Shown here one piece after another: positions 27,076 through 38,614 of a stretch of 64,000 bases of DNA. The notes under the pieces were generated by a model. The model was not told the origin of the DNA and searched no databases. It saw nothing but the letters and a program-made list of their open reading frames with translations. Origin of the DNA: Lama guanicoe (lineage: Eukaryota); assembly GCA_013239625.1 (NCBI GenBank), contig MU053376.1, forward strand, positions 2,096,507-2,160,506. Reading direction: 5' to 3'. The first letter of the stretch is position 1; each line of letters begins with the position of its first letter. Both the position numbers and the translations under genes were made by a program.

Positions 27076-27524
27076 AAGAAAGCTAATATGAAGTATAGTG
27101 AATCAGTTCTAAAAAATATTTTATTTTTTAAATTCTGTGCATCCTCTGAACACCCTGGAATTGTAACTGTTTGTAACGCGGCCTGGGTGTGGACCAGGCC
27201 TCCTGGGAGGGCTTTGCCCCATGCTGGGTGAGAAAAGGAAGGGAAACAAATCTGACCCCCAAAGCCCTGGTCAATAATGCAGATTTTTGCTGAAGGTTTT
27301 CTTTAGAAGACGGAGGAGGGAAGTTATAAAGCACAACACAGAGCAGCGTTTCCTAAAGCTCTTACTTAAACATCTGTCTATTTCCCCGATTTTCTTTCCC
27401 ATTGGAAACTTGCAAGGCTCTTCTCTCTGTTCCCCTAGACCGCGCCCATCCCCTGTCCTGGAGCCTGCTTCCCTCCCCCAACTACATCCTGGATTTTAAC
27501 TCTGGGTCTGTATTTCTTCCTCTA

Positions 27525-27755
27525 GAACAGCAGGTGTCAGATGGGGGGTGATTTTGCACCCCCCCCAACCAGGGGAACATTTGGCAGTTACTGGAGACAC
27601 TTTGGCTTGTCACAGCCGGGGAGAGGCCACTTGCACCTGGTGGGTAGAGGCCAGGGATGCCTTTAAACAGCCTCCAGCACACTGGAAAGCACCTCCCGAA
27701 ACAAAGACTCATCTGGCCCAAAATGTGAACAGCGCAGAGGCTGAGAAACCCTGCC
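27525..27755. mobile_element. MER20 (hAT-Charlie MITE)
   Basis: GGGGGTGATTTTGCACCCC...GGGAACATTTGGCA...GGGTAGAGGCCAGGGATGC...GGCCCAAAATGT...GAGGCTGAGAAACCCTG. Confidence 0.85.
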
Positions 27756-29934
27756 CTAGCCTGGCTCAGCCTGCTCTCAGGTGCAGTGGGCAGGAGGCCC
27801 CAGAAAAGGGCCTGGGGTTCGCTGCTATGCCTTTCTCAGAATGTCAGCAGTCAACAGGTGCTTCCAAGTCTGCGTATTTGGAAGCAGAGTGACTCCCTTG
27901 ACTCTGTTGGAGAGGCGAGTCAACCTTAGAATCTTCTGGCAAGCTAAATCAGGTCTGTGTCCAGAGCAGAACCATCATGGAAATATAGAAGGAGCCATAT
28001 AGAAGGAGCAAAGAGTCCCGAGGGGGTGCGGAGCAGCCCCCTGCCGGCAGCCAGCCTGGATGAGGTTTGCTCCGGGCCGGCGGGTTGGGCTGCTGTGTTT
28101 GCCTTGGACAGGCCTGGCTGCATGCTTCAGCACAACTGGGGCAGGACCTAGCCTTCTATCAATAAAACCTGGGCCCGGCTCCAGGCTCACTCGCCTTTTC
28201 TGAAAAGCTTGTTTGTGCTGGTTTCCGCCTTGGCTTGGTTTTCTCTTGCATACCAGGATGGAGCTTTCGTTCACCTTGACCTGGTCTCCTGGATGGAGCT
28301 AACCAAATGTCCAAATGCTGATTTCCGGGGGGATCTGTTGTGGCCAGGGCCCTGGTCGGAGCTCAGTTAGTTCGGGGGCATATGGCTGTCGGGAGATCTC
28401 AGCTAAGTGGCATCTTTCTGCTCTGCTCTTTAAGGAAAAGAAAATCATTGATTTTCCTCCATCCAGAGGGCACCACTGTTAGTTAGCAGTTTTATATTTT
28501 CTTCCTGTCCCTTCATACATTTTTCAAAACACAACTGAGATCATCCTTCAGATAAGTGTTTGGCCTCAACCTTTGAAAAACAGTAATCCCAAGGTTCTGG
28601 CTGTCTTCTCTCTGCTGTGCCAGACGGAGGAAGGGAGGGAGGAAGAAGGGCTGGAGGTGGGAGGGGGCAGGGAGGGGCTCGGAGCCCCAGCTGCCCTCCC
28701 AGGGTGTGCAGATCGCTCAGGTCTCAGGTGGAGAAACGGAGGCAGATGGCTGGGAGCTGCCTATGCTTTTGTCAATGGGTGGTTTCGGAGTCTCTCCTTG
28801 GAGATCTCAGAGGTCTGTAATGTCTGACTTTTCCCTTGGGCACCCATGCCGACCAAGCAAGTCCCCTTCCAGTCCACCCAGATCCCTTCTTGGGTTTAAG
28901 CCCGTTTCCTAGAGGACATGGTTGCCATTGGCTGAAGGTCACAATATATTACCCAAACAGCTGCAGTTCCTTTATTGGGGACATGCCCCAAAGACTTCAT
29001 ACCTCAGGTGGTCCTAAAGGTTCTCTTATCACCTCTGTCCCTCAGGGGCCCCCCAGTGCCCTCGGGATGAAGTGAGACCTCTGCTGGTTAGGTCCAGTCC
29101 TTTCATTGCCTTTGGGAAAGAAGACCCCAAGAAAGGAAGTCCTTGCCCACAACCGCTGGTTCTCACCATTACTCCTGCAGCCCAGGGGGGTCCTGGCAGC
29201 TCTGTCCCTCTGGCTTTTGGTGCCACTTTTTTGGTGCATGGCAGGCACAGGCACAGATGACAAGACAAAAACATAAGCAGTCTTCCTTCCACTCAGATCA
29301 CTTACAGGCAGGGATTGAATCTTACATCCATCAGGCCCGGATTCCATCCCCTCCTCCTGGCCCTCCAGAATCCAGGAGCAGCATTCAGAAACCAGGCTCC
29401 CAGAGCCCCCTCTGCGAAGTCCAGCTCCTCCCACAGCAGTCCCCAAACCTCACCCAGGCACTGTCCACACTTAGGATTCCGGCCATATCGATATTCCACC
29501 TGTGCTATTATTCACTTCACATTTCTCTTTAAACAGATTTCTTTTATTAAGCTTAAACTTATGTTGAGGGAAATTTTAAAAACCCTTGAATCACTGTTGA
29601 TGTACTTAGGATTTTTTTCCCTGACACTCATTAAATTAATATTTAATCTCTGAAATTAAAAAAGAAAAGTATGTCTAAGAACTGTGTCTGATTAATTCCA
29701 CATGTATTCATTGAGCCAGGCACTGTTTCTGAATCCTTTCAGGTGCCCTCAGTAGGAAATGCCGCCTTCAGAGGCTGCTCTCTGCTAGTTCGGTGCCCTG
29801 ACCACCGGGACGTCGGGTCCAGCCCCTGAGTAAGGGGCGCCATGAACAACGGAGAGGGCTGTCGGGTGCTGGGAAGGGAATTCCAACCACCTGCACTGTG
29901 ACCAAGGTGCTCTTCCCAAGGAGGGATGGATCTG

Positions 29935-30171
29935 AACCAGAAACAGACTCACGGACAAACAAACTGTGGTTACCAGGGAAGGGAAGAAGGGGAGGGACAC
30001 ATTAGGAGTTGGGGATTTAAAAAAATAATAATCGTAAAATTAAAAAAAGATCTTTTACAAACTCAGATGCCCAACCAATGTAAGGTGTTTGCCTGGCTCC
30101 AGGGCAAATCTGCATCTGTGTTTGTTAATAAAGTTTTATTGGAACTCAAAAAAAAAGTAAAATAAAAAACA
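29935..30171 (+). mobile_element. Composite L1-derived insertion with 17-bp TSD
   Basis: L1 3'UTR piece (AGAAACAGACTCACGGAC...GGTTACCAGGG), A tract, non-L1 segment with AATAAA, second A tail. TSD at 29918-29934 and 30172-30188. Confidence 0.8.
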
Positions 30172-30494
30172 AAGAAGGGATGGATCTGTATGTACTGACA
30201 GGGGATAGTGTGAAGTGAGACAAGTCACCCAGTGGTACATGCAGGACAAGCCCATTTGTACTTTGTACACGTGTGTGTCTGAGTGTCTGTGCATGTGTAT
30301 GTGTGTGTGTGTATAAATGGAGAGCGAGGGCCAGCCACCTGTCAGAAGAGATCTCACCTTGGGAGGTGACGGGGCGGAGTAAGAGAACTTCTGACTTCTG
30401 CTGTTTACTTCGGTGCTGTTTGAGTAACCACGTGTTTCTAGTGTAGTATTTTTTAAAGGTGATAAATACTTTCTTAAAGAAAAGAAAGAGCCCT

Positions 30495-30700
30495 GGCCTG
30501 GGTGACAGAAGAGCTAGGTTCTAATTCAGATTGTGTAGATGACATTTGTGCCATGTGACTTGAGACAAGTCTCCTGGTTTCTCTGAGCCTCAGATTTCTT
30601 CTCTGAGAAATGGGATAGTAGGCAGGGTGGTTGTGCGGCTCCAGTGAGAAGATGTATGTGAAAGGATAACATTCCAGGGCCGTCTCTGGTGCCTCCAACA
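30495..30700 (+). mobile_element. MIR SINE
   Basis: TGTGACTTGAGACAAGT...TCTCTGAGCCTCAGATTTCTTCTCTGAGAAATGGGATAGTA. Confidence 0.7.
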
Positions 30701-30718
30701 GCCTTACTGGATTTTTTT

Positions 30719-30878
30719 CACTTTTTTGTTTTGGGGAGGAGGTAGTTAGGTTGGTTGGTTTGTTTATTTACTTACTTACTTATTCTAATGGAGGCACTGG
30801 GGATTGAACCCAGGACCTTGTGCATGCTAACTAAGCACTTTACCGCTGAGCTGTATCCTCCCCCCACCCCCCACCCCC
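30719..30878 (-). mobile_element. tRNA-Ala-derived SINE (Vic-1 type) with 18-bp TSD
   Basis: Reverse-strand A and B boxes (GGGATTGAACC ... CTGAGCT on +); TSD GCCTTACTGGATTTTTTT at 30701-30718 and 30879-30896. Confidence 0.9.
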
Positions 30879-31764
30879 GCCTTACTGGATTTTTTTTATC
30901 ATGTCACCGTGTGATAGAAACCCTCAGTGACTTCCTGTTAGCGTCAAAATCAGTCTAAATCTGGATTAGCACACAAAACCCTTCATGGTCTGGCTCTGCC
31001 TACACGCCACAATACCAGAAAGATGGGTTACTCTTCTGGATATAAAACCAGGACACTGTGGCTTTGTGGTTTGGCGGGCACTTTTTGCTACAAGATTTAG
31101 GACTATCCCCTCCTTTGCAACGCAAGTTATTGCTCTACTCTGTCGATAAAAAGACTCAAGACCCTGTCCCCATTCACTAAAGGGACAAACAGCTTCCAGG
31201 GTGGATCTGCCTGGCCTGCTGCTGTGTTTTAGCCCCACAGGTCAGGTCGCAGCTGCCTTTCTGCCTGCGCCTCCCCACCCCACTCCCAGCCCCCTACTGT
31301 CATTCCTTAGCAGGGCCCCTGCTGGAATCACCTCCTTCAGGCCCTGCAGCCGCTGAGCAGTGACTCAGCTGGCGTGGAGAGCCGAGTTTCCTGGCTCCCA
31401 GCCCAGTGCTCCCTCCTGCAGCCACCCCACTGTCTCCCTACCCCAGGCTCTGCCTTTCCAGAACCCTTCAAAAGAGCTAAGGGCCAGTGATCAGTCCTGC
31501 CCCAGCCCTCAGCCCCATGCCATGTGCTGAACCCAAAACTACCACACGGGGGAGCCAGGGAGCCAGGAGGGAGGAGCCTGGGGAACCCCGTCTATCCCTG
31601 CAGAGAGGCCCAGGGCTCCGTAATAACGCTCTTGATAGATACCTGCACATCTCTCCAGGGATTCAGGGTCTTGGGTCCCCTCTGAAATGTTCGATAAAGG
31701 TTTATCGAACTGAATTGTGATTGATAACAGTAGCTAACATTTGTTGAGGCATACCATGTGTTCA

Positions 31765-32325
31765 CCGGTTATTGAAAGAGGGGTGTTGAAATCTCCAGCT
31801 GTAACTGTGGGTTTGCCTGTTTCTCTGTACCGTTCTGTCTTCCTGTGTTTTGAAGCTCCATTATTGAGTGCATAAACATTTAAGCTCATTATGTCCTCGT
31901 GATTAATTGACCCTTTATTATTATGAAATAACCTTCCTCATCCCTGGCAATGTTCCTTGGTCTGAAATCTGCTTTGATATTATTAATACAGCCATTCCAG
32001 CTTTCTTTTGATTACCATTAACGTGATATTCCTGAATCCATCCTTTTACATTTAGGCTATTTGTGTCTTTATATTTAAAGATCATTTCTGATAGACAGCA
32101 AATAGTTGGACCTTTTTTTTTTAAATCCAATTGGATCATCTCTCTGCCCCTTAACTGGGTTATTTAGCCCATTTGCCTTTAATGTGATTATTGATATAAT
32201 TAGATTTTAAGCCTCTCATCTTGCTATTTGTTTTCTATTTGGCCTATCTGTTCTTTGTTTCCTTCTTCTTTTCTTCCTTCTTTCGGATTAATTGAATATA
32301 TTTTATGATTCCATCTTACTTCATT
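31765..32325 (-). mobile_element. L1 fragment covering the ORF2 endonuclease N-terminus
   Basis: Minus-strand ORF 31921-32139 (KKKGPTICCLSE...KDTNSLNVKGW...NGNQKKAGMAVLIIS) resembles the L1 ORF2 APE domain; degenerate. Confidence 0.88.
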
Positions 32326-32353
32326 TGCTGCCAGCGCAACCACATGTGCCAAA

Positions 32354-33632
32354 GAGTTTGGGATGTCAGCCTAGGCACTGGGGAGTCACTGGAGGAAAGA
32401 GCCCATCCCTAGCCGCCCTGCTCCACTCTGGCTGTATCTGGACAGTTGCTCCACCCTCCACAGATTTCCCTCCACACTCTAGAAGCCAGCAGTGCTGGCC
32501 AAAGCTCTCATACTAAACAGCTGCCTCTAACAGGAGCTGCCCTAAGGCCTATCTGACCATCTCAGTCCAACCTAGGAAAGCTCAGTTCTGATCAGAGAGG
32601 AAAGACTTCCCAACCAGGAGGCACTTAATATCCTGGCTCCAAGGAGGGACAGAGATCTAATACTTATTTCTCTGGAAATCCTTAAGCACTGGAGCCATTC
32701 CTCTGTGCTCCTCACAGGTCCACCCCCTTCTTCTTTCCTAGAAGCAACGGGCTGCCTGAGATCACTTCTGCCTGGGCGAGGTGGTCGTGAGGCTCTGAGA
32801 AGGCAGCATGGCTCTTTTTCTATGTGTAGTAGTCCAGGAGGTGTTCATGCCTCATGTCTGAACCATATCGCCCTGGCTATTGGAGGCCTGGCCTTGCCAG
32901 GAGAGGGCCACGTGAGGGATGGAGTTGTTGATCAGAAACCTTTTTGTGATTCTCTAGGCCCCCTAAAGGGGGACAATTAGAAGGCAGACTTCCTGTGCCT
33001 GACTCAGACCCAGCAGGAGCTCTGCAGGGCCTCCTGCTTCTTGGTATGGGCTGATTTACCTGCCTTTGGTGTTTGTGTCAGGGCCCTATCGAAGCTGTTA
33101 GCCTGGCAGCCAAGTGAGAGAAGTGTGAAGTGGGCTAGAAACCCCGAGAAAGTGAATCTCCTGTGAGTCAGCCTAAATAGTGTGCAGCCGTGTACCTCTT
33201 ACAACAGGAAGTCATCTGGGGAGAAATTGAGCTCTCTGCTGTGCACAGTGGTTTAATGCTGTCAAATGCTGCTCTCAGGAAGGAGGGGAGCATTTTTAAG
33301 ATTCACCCCAGACAGCATATCTGGGAAAGGCTTCTGAGAGGCACGGGGAAGGTGTGGGCGGTGTGGTCCTGACTGGTGAACATGTGTCAGAAAGCGGGGA
33401 GGCCAGAGGAGGGTTTTGATGGGCAGAGGAAACAGCAAAAGCAAGACCACGAGAGGGCAGGGTGGCTGCTGGGAATGTGAATCAGATGTGTGTAGCTGGG
33501 AGGAGGGCAGCCTGATCGCGGCTGGAGATAAGTCTGAGCTGTTGGCTGGGCAGGTGCTGTGAAGGGCCTTGAAGGATCCACTCCGGAGTTTGGGATGTCA
33601 GCCTAGGCACTGGGGAGTCACTGGAGGAAAGA
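32354..33632 (+). repeat. Exact 47-bp direct repeat (32354-32400 and 33586-33632)
   Basis: GAGTTTGGGATGTCAGCCTAGGCACTGGGGAGTCACTGGAGGAAAGA is identical in both places. Confidence 0.95.
33400..33632. mobile_element. L2 LINE remnant
   Basis: GGGCAGAGGAAACAGCAAAAGCAAG...GAAGGGCCTTGAA...GGAGTTTGGGA...GGCACTGGGGAGTCACTGGAGG, typical of the L2 3' region. Confidence 0.6.
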
Positions 33633-34186
33633 CAACTGTGATAGAAAATTGTCAGACACAGAAGCTCTGGGTTTGAAATCTGATTCAACCATTTACTTGC
33701 TCTTTGACTGGGCAAATTAGCCACCCTGAGCCTCAGTTTACTCATCCATACAGTACCTTCTTGCTGGGTTGTGAGGACCAAGTGCGATAATAAAGAGTGT
33801 GAGAGCTCAGTAACTCTAATATAATGTCTTATTTCATGTCATGCTACTAGACTGGACATTGTGAGAGTCAGGGACTCTGTCTTCTTCAGGCCTGAATGTG
33901 AACATCTTGTCCAGTGCCAGCCATGGAGAAGGTGCTGAGTGATTATTTGTTAAATAAATGAACAAGCAACTAGATCTCGATACTCAGTACTTACTCAATA
34001 ATTATTGGTTGAAATCTGAATGGAAAGGTTTTATGATAGAACAGCCCTGATCAGATCCTGGTCTAGAAGCGTAACTTTGGCAACCAGGTGGGTGGGGAGG
34101 TTGGAGGAGGCAGAAACGGGAACCAGGGAAACTCCTGGCAGGCTTTGCAATAATCTATGGTAATGCCGCTCTCATCAAGATAGGAC

Positions 34187-34247
34187 ATGCTGTACACCAG
34201 AAACTGACACATTGTAACTGACTATACTTCAAATTAAAAAAGAGAGA
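34187..34247 (+). mobile_element. Extremely 5'-truncated L1 (last ~45 nt plus A tail)
   Basis: GCTGTACACCAGAAACTGACACATTGTAACTGACTATACTTCAAATTAAAAAA matches the 3' terminus of the 12780 L1. TSD AAGATAGGAC (34177-34186) / AAGAGAGGAC (34248-34257). Confidence 0.85.
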
Positions 34248-37200
34248 AAGAGAGGACGTTCTGTCGGAGGGAGAGCAGATGGAGGGTGAGGCAAGGAGTA
34301 ACCAGCCCAGTTTGGACCTGTTGAGAGTGAGGCTCTAGTGGGTAGGGTTGGGCACCTGTGAGCTGGTGCAGGTGTCCATCTAGAGCTCCCCGGGAGAGAG
34401 TTATGAGCCTGGGTCTGGCAGGTGTAGTTGACAGCACTGGTGTAGGTGAGACTAAGCTCCCAGGGAGAGAATGGGCGCAGGGTGGAGGGCAGTGGGTGAT
34501 ATTGAGAAAACAGTCAACGGCTGAACCCTGGAAAGCCCCACTGAGCCAAAGAGAAGACCGGGTCACAGGCGGACTGAGAGAGTAGTTCCTGACTTGTTTG
34601 TGTCGGACTGCGATTTCAGGCAGTAAGGCTGTGATGAGATCAATCAGGGGTCAATGCTCTGTACGTACTACTGCAGAGCGTTCAAGGCTTGGGTTCTGGG
34701 TCAGATCGGCTGGGCTGATTCGGCTCCACCGTGAACTAGCACGTCTGACTATGAGCTCATTACTTACCCTGCCAGAACCTTCTTCTCTCTGTAAAAGAGA
34801 GACAATAACCACAGGTTCCTCATCCATTTGTAGGGATTAAATGAAATGATGCACATGAATTTACTAGGACAGTGCCCGCACATACAGGCTAATAATGGTT
34901 TCAAAACAGGTTTCAAGGGTGAGTTGGCACCTCACCCAGTTTTCAGTCTCTGAATATGTTGGTCGGTATATGAGGCCCCAAATCTGATCTCGGACACCCC
35001 TCCATTGGACGGATGAGGAAACCTGAGGTCCAGAGTTGCTCAAGATCCCACATCAAGCTGGAGGTGGAGCTGGGACTAGAACACCAGCTCCTGGCTTCCG
35101 TTTTTGTATCACAGCTTTTCTGGAACACAGACCCACAGGGCGGATTTAACAAGGGGATCTGGCCACATGTCAGGATCGCATCTGAGAAAGGAAGAAAGCT
35201 TAAAATAATGTCTTTCATCATCTGACGCTCTGAGACAGGGAAGTTGCCCATCCACCATTCCAGTGGGGCTTTCTGAACCCACCCCCGCCACGATGCCGCG
35301 GCTTTGAGGCTCCGGATGCTGCAGCTTCAGGTCAGGCTTCTCTTCCTGGGATCAGGGACAAGAACAGCCAGTTCCCATCCTTTGTGTGTTCACTTTCAGA
35401 GGCTTAAAAGGCTGTTGCTCAGGTTCTTCCCTACCGACTTCTCCCCTCCCCCAGCCAGGTTATCACTACTCTTGATTATTCACAGAGAAGAGGTGCAGAT
35501 AGGGTCATTAGGCACTGAAAGGAACCCAGTCTTCCTCCCTCTGGGACACTGGAGCTTTGGTCTTGATTTTTCCCTCCTGGAGGCTGGCCAACTTATTGTA
35601 TCATATGTGATCTTCGCAGAGGTCTAGTCCCAGGGTCCTCGCCAGCACAGTCTCCTTTTTGCTGGCTTCTTACACATGGCTGCCTTCCGAGCCTAGATCC
35701 ATTGACAGGTCGAGTGGTGTAGAGACAGAGACACTAAATAGGCGTTAAGAGGCTTTGAAAGAATGTAATGAGCTGTAATGGAACATGTTGCTTCCCTCAG
35801 TTTTCTCATCTTTAAAATGGGGGAATAATTCCTGCTCTCAAGGTTATAGAGAAAACTAGGTGACGCGTTAAAAGGGCTTTGAAAAGCCCTATTCAGATGT
35901 CAATTTTCATACTATTTGGACTGGCAGGAAGCAGCACCCTAAAAGAACACAGTGTCACCTCGACCTTCTCCTCCTAAGCAGATCTGGCATCCAGTGTGTT
36001 AGTCACAGGGAGAGACTCACGCTGACTGCTGGGGTACTCTGGCTTGCTGTTCAAAAAGCTTGTTATTAGCTGTATTTTAAGATTGTACATTTTGAATGAC
36101 TCCAAAGACACAGTGTGGCCACAGAGAACTGGGACGTGTTTTTTCTTTAAATATTGGCTTCCCACTGAGCAAGGAGGTTCCTTTTATAAAGAAATGCGTG
36201 TTCCTTTGCTGTGCTGCTGGACAAAGCAGGTAGGCTGTTACTGATGGCCCAAGGGTCATGTAGAGCCCCCCTCTCTGCAGGAGTCATCATTCTGGCACTG
36301 GGCTTGGAGGTGCTGGTGAGGCCAGTACCAGCTTCCTTTGCCTGAACCACTCTCTCTGGAAACACCCCCTCCACCTCTCCACTCCAAAAACAGCCTTTAC
36401 AATACTCATTTGAAGATAAGATTGGTCCAAAACCAGAACCTACTTTCAACCCCACTAATGTGAGTTCTTCCCTGGAAAGACCCCACAGCTCACCCCAGCG
36501 CCCTTCTCCAGCTGTGTACCTCCACTTATTACCTACCTGTCAAGGGAAGCATTGACCATTCCCTGGAGCTGAGGGCCGTCAGCCGGCTGGGGCGCTGGCT
36601 CTCAGCTCTCTCATGTTCGTGCCTGCCGGGCTTCTGGGAAAAAGACTGAGTGGGAGGATGGAGCCAAATTGGGCTGCAGTTTGAAACCGTCCTGAGCACT
36701 GACAGATTTGACTAAGATGAGGGAGAGAGAGGGTTCCTCACAGAGGTAGCCAGAGCTTAAAACGGAGTTGGCAGCTTGCTGTCCAGGGGCTGAGTCTAGC
36801 CGTCCACCCAGCTTGTGCCCCAGGACTGGATGGAGACTCTCAGAACTGCAGGAGACACAGACTTGGAGAGTCCTGCTAACCCCTTTCAGCTACTCTCTGA
36901 GGGTGCTCCTGGGGTCCCCAGGCTGTCAGACTCCACGAGTGTGGTGCCCCTAGCATTGCCAGGCTCTGAAGGCTTGTCTTCTTTTCCTGAGACTCCAGGC
37001 CCCACTCTATTGAAAGACGGCAGCGTGCACACCAAGACAGTCCCACTGCGCTGAGCGACTGTACCTCATGGCGGCTCAGAACACAAGCCCTAGGATTGCA
37101 CGGACCAGGGTCCGAGTCCCCGCCCACACATCCTACTTGTGTGACTCTGAGCTGCAGTTTCCTCATCCATAAGAAGGGAATAATAATCTCTGTCTCAAGG

Positions 37201-37949
37201 CTATCGGGAAAGTGAAATGACAGACTGCGTGTAAATCACCCGGCACAGGCCATAGCTGCTCTATCAATGGTTAAGTAGCTCCAACCACTGTTGAACAGGC
37301 TGGCCTGAGAGGTTGGGAGGTGTTGCCCTAACTGCTTTGAAGGATTCAGCCCTAGTCACGGAAGACGCTCTTTCATCCAGTCTGCTGGAGGAGTGTGATT
37401 GAGCTGTCCTCCATGGGAGTGACAAGATCTGGCAAAGACCCCTCTTGGCCAAGCTGTCAGGAAAATGAACCAATCACCTGGGTGGTGTCTGCCCACTCCT
37501 TTAGTAAAATGAGGCTTCCAGAGGGCCAGGTTCTCCGTGTGGGTGGAAGGGCAGGCTGGCTTTTCAGGTTGCCATAATTTTGCACATGATCTGCATATGC
37601 TTGTGGGGCCCCTGCGCTTTCTCCTGGCATTTCCGAGATAAAATATCGCTGCTTCTCCAGGAAGGCCAGATATTGATTTTTTTCTCCTCCAGTCACTTCT
37701 CTAACCACTCTGATTGACCTGGCTCCTTCACCCGGTGAATGAGGAATGAGAGGGTGGAGTGGGTGAGGCAGCGGATGGGGGGAAGGGAGGAGGGACTGTG
37801 TCCACCTTAGAGCACGTTCTTCCCCGTGAACCTGAGCCATCAGGGTGATGAGAATGAGCTGCTTCTAGAACCCTGGGGACCCCTGAGGTCCATCCTGGTC
37901 TGTTCCTGCCCTGCATCCCTAATCTGGCTCGTGGTGCCCGAGGTCCACT

Positions 37950-38500
37950 GGCCAGCGTGGTCCAGCGGCCGAGTGGGGAGGCGCAGGGCTGGGGCGGGAG
38001 GGGGGAGGGGCGCCGCGACAGCAGAGCGGCTTTGAGGAACCTTGCGAGAGGAAGTGGCTTCCGAACTCCTCTGCTTGCACTGCGAGGGGCAGGAAAGGCG
38101 CGGGAGGCGGGGGAGGTGTCGAGATGGCGCTCTGCGCGCGGGGCGGAGCGGGGAGCCGGCGCCGGGGAGATGCAACCGCAGATGCCGACTGAGTTGGGGA
38201 GCGAGGCGCGCGAGGCGGCGAACAGGTCCGCCCCCCCCGTGTTGGTAGCCGCTGGGGAACAGGTTACCCCACCGCCCGGGACACTCGGGCCCCGGTGTAA
38301 GGAACCGAGGCAGCCGGCTCGGCCTGGCCCGGCCCGGCCCGGCCCGGTAACGGACTCGCTCCCGGCGGGGCTCGGGGCTCGGAGCTCGCGCCGCGGCGGC
38401 TGAGCCTGGCGAGGGGTCCCCTCCTCTGCCGGCCGCATCCCGAGCCTGGCCCCATCAGATGCGCTGGCTGCCTCCGTCCGGGGCTGCGGGGTAGATGACG
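37950..38500 (+). promoter_or_regulatory. RASSF5: CpG island: internal promoter and 5'UTR of RASSF5C (RAPL)
   Basis: Very GC- and CpG-dense relative to the rest of the window. GC boxes GGGGCGG near 37991 and 38140. PU.1/ETS-type AGAGGAAGTG at 38047-38056 is followed by an inverted CTTCCG. Lies directly upstream of the RAPL ATG. The exact TSS cannot be determined from sequence. Confidence 0.88.
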
Positions 38501-38614
38501 GTGGACAGCAGCATGAGCAGTGGGTACTGCAGCCTGGAGGAGGAACTGGAGGATTGCTTCTTCACTGCCAAGACCACCTTTTTCAGGAATGTGCAGAGCA
38601 AACATCCTTCGAAG
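38495..38614 (+). CDS. RASSF5: Coding part of the alternative first exon of RASSF5C (NORE1B/RAPL), 40 codons
   Basis: ATG at 38495 gives MTVDSSMSSGYCSLEEELEDCFFTAKTTFFRNVQSKHPSK, the RAPL N-terminus. Ends AAG|gtaaac in phase 0 and sits at the 3' edge of a CpG island. Confidence 0.96.

Noticed and set aside
31921..32139. Endonuclease-like ORF as a functional gene
   Set aside because: Short, degenerate L1 ORF2 fragment.
37728..38438. 236-aa antisense ORF over the CpG island
   Set aside because: Pro/Arg/Ala/Gly-rich product expected from stop-poor, GC-rich DNA; no homology recognised.
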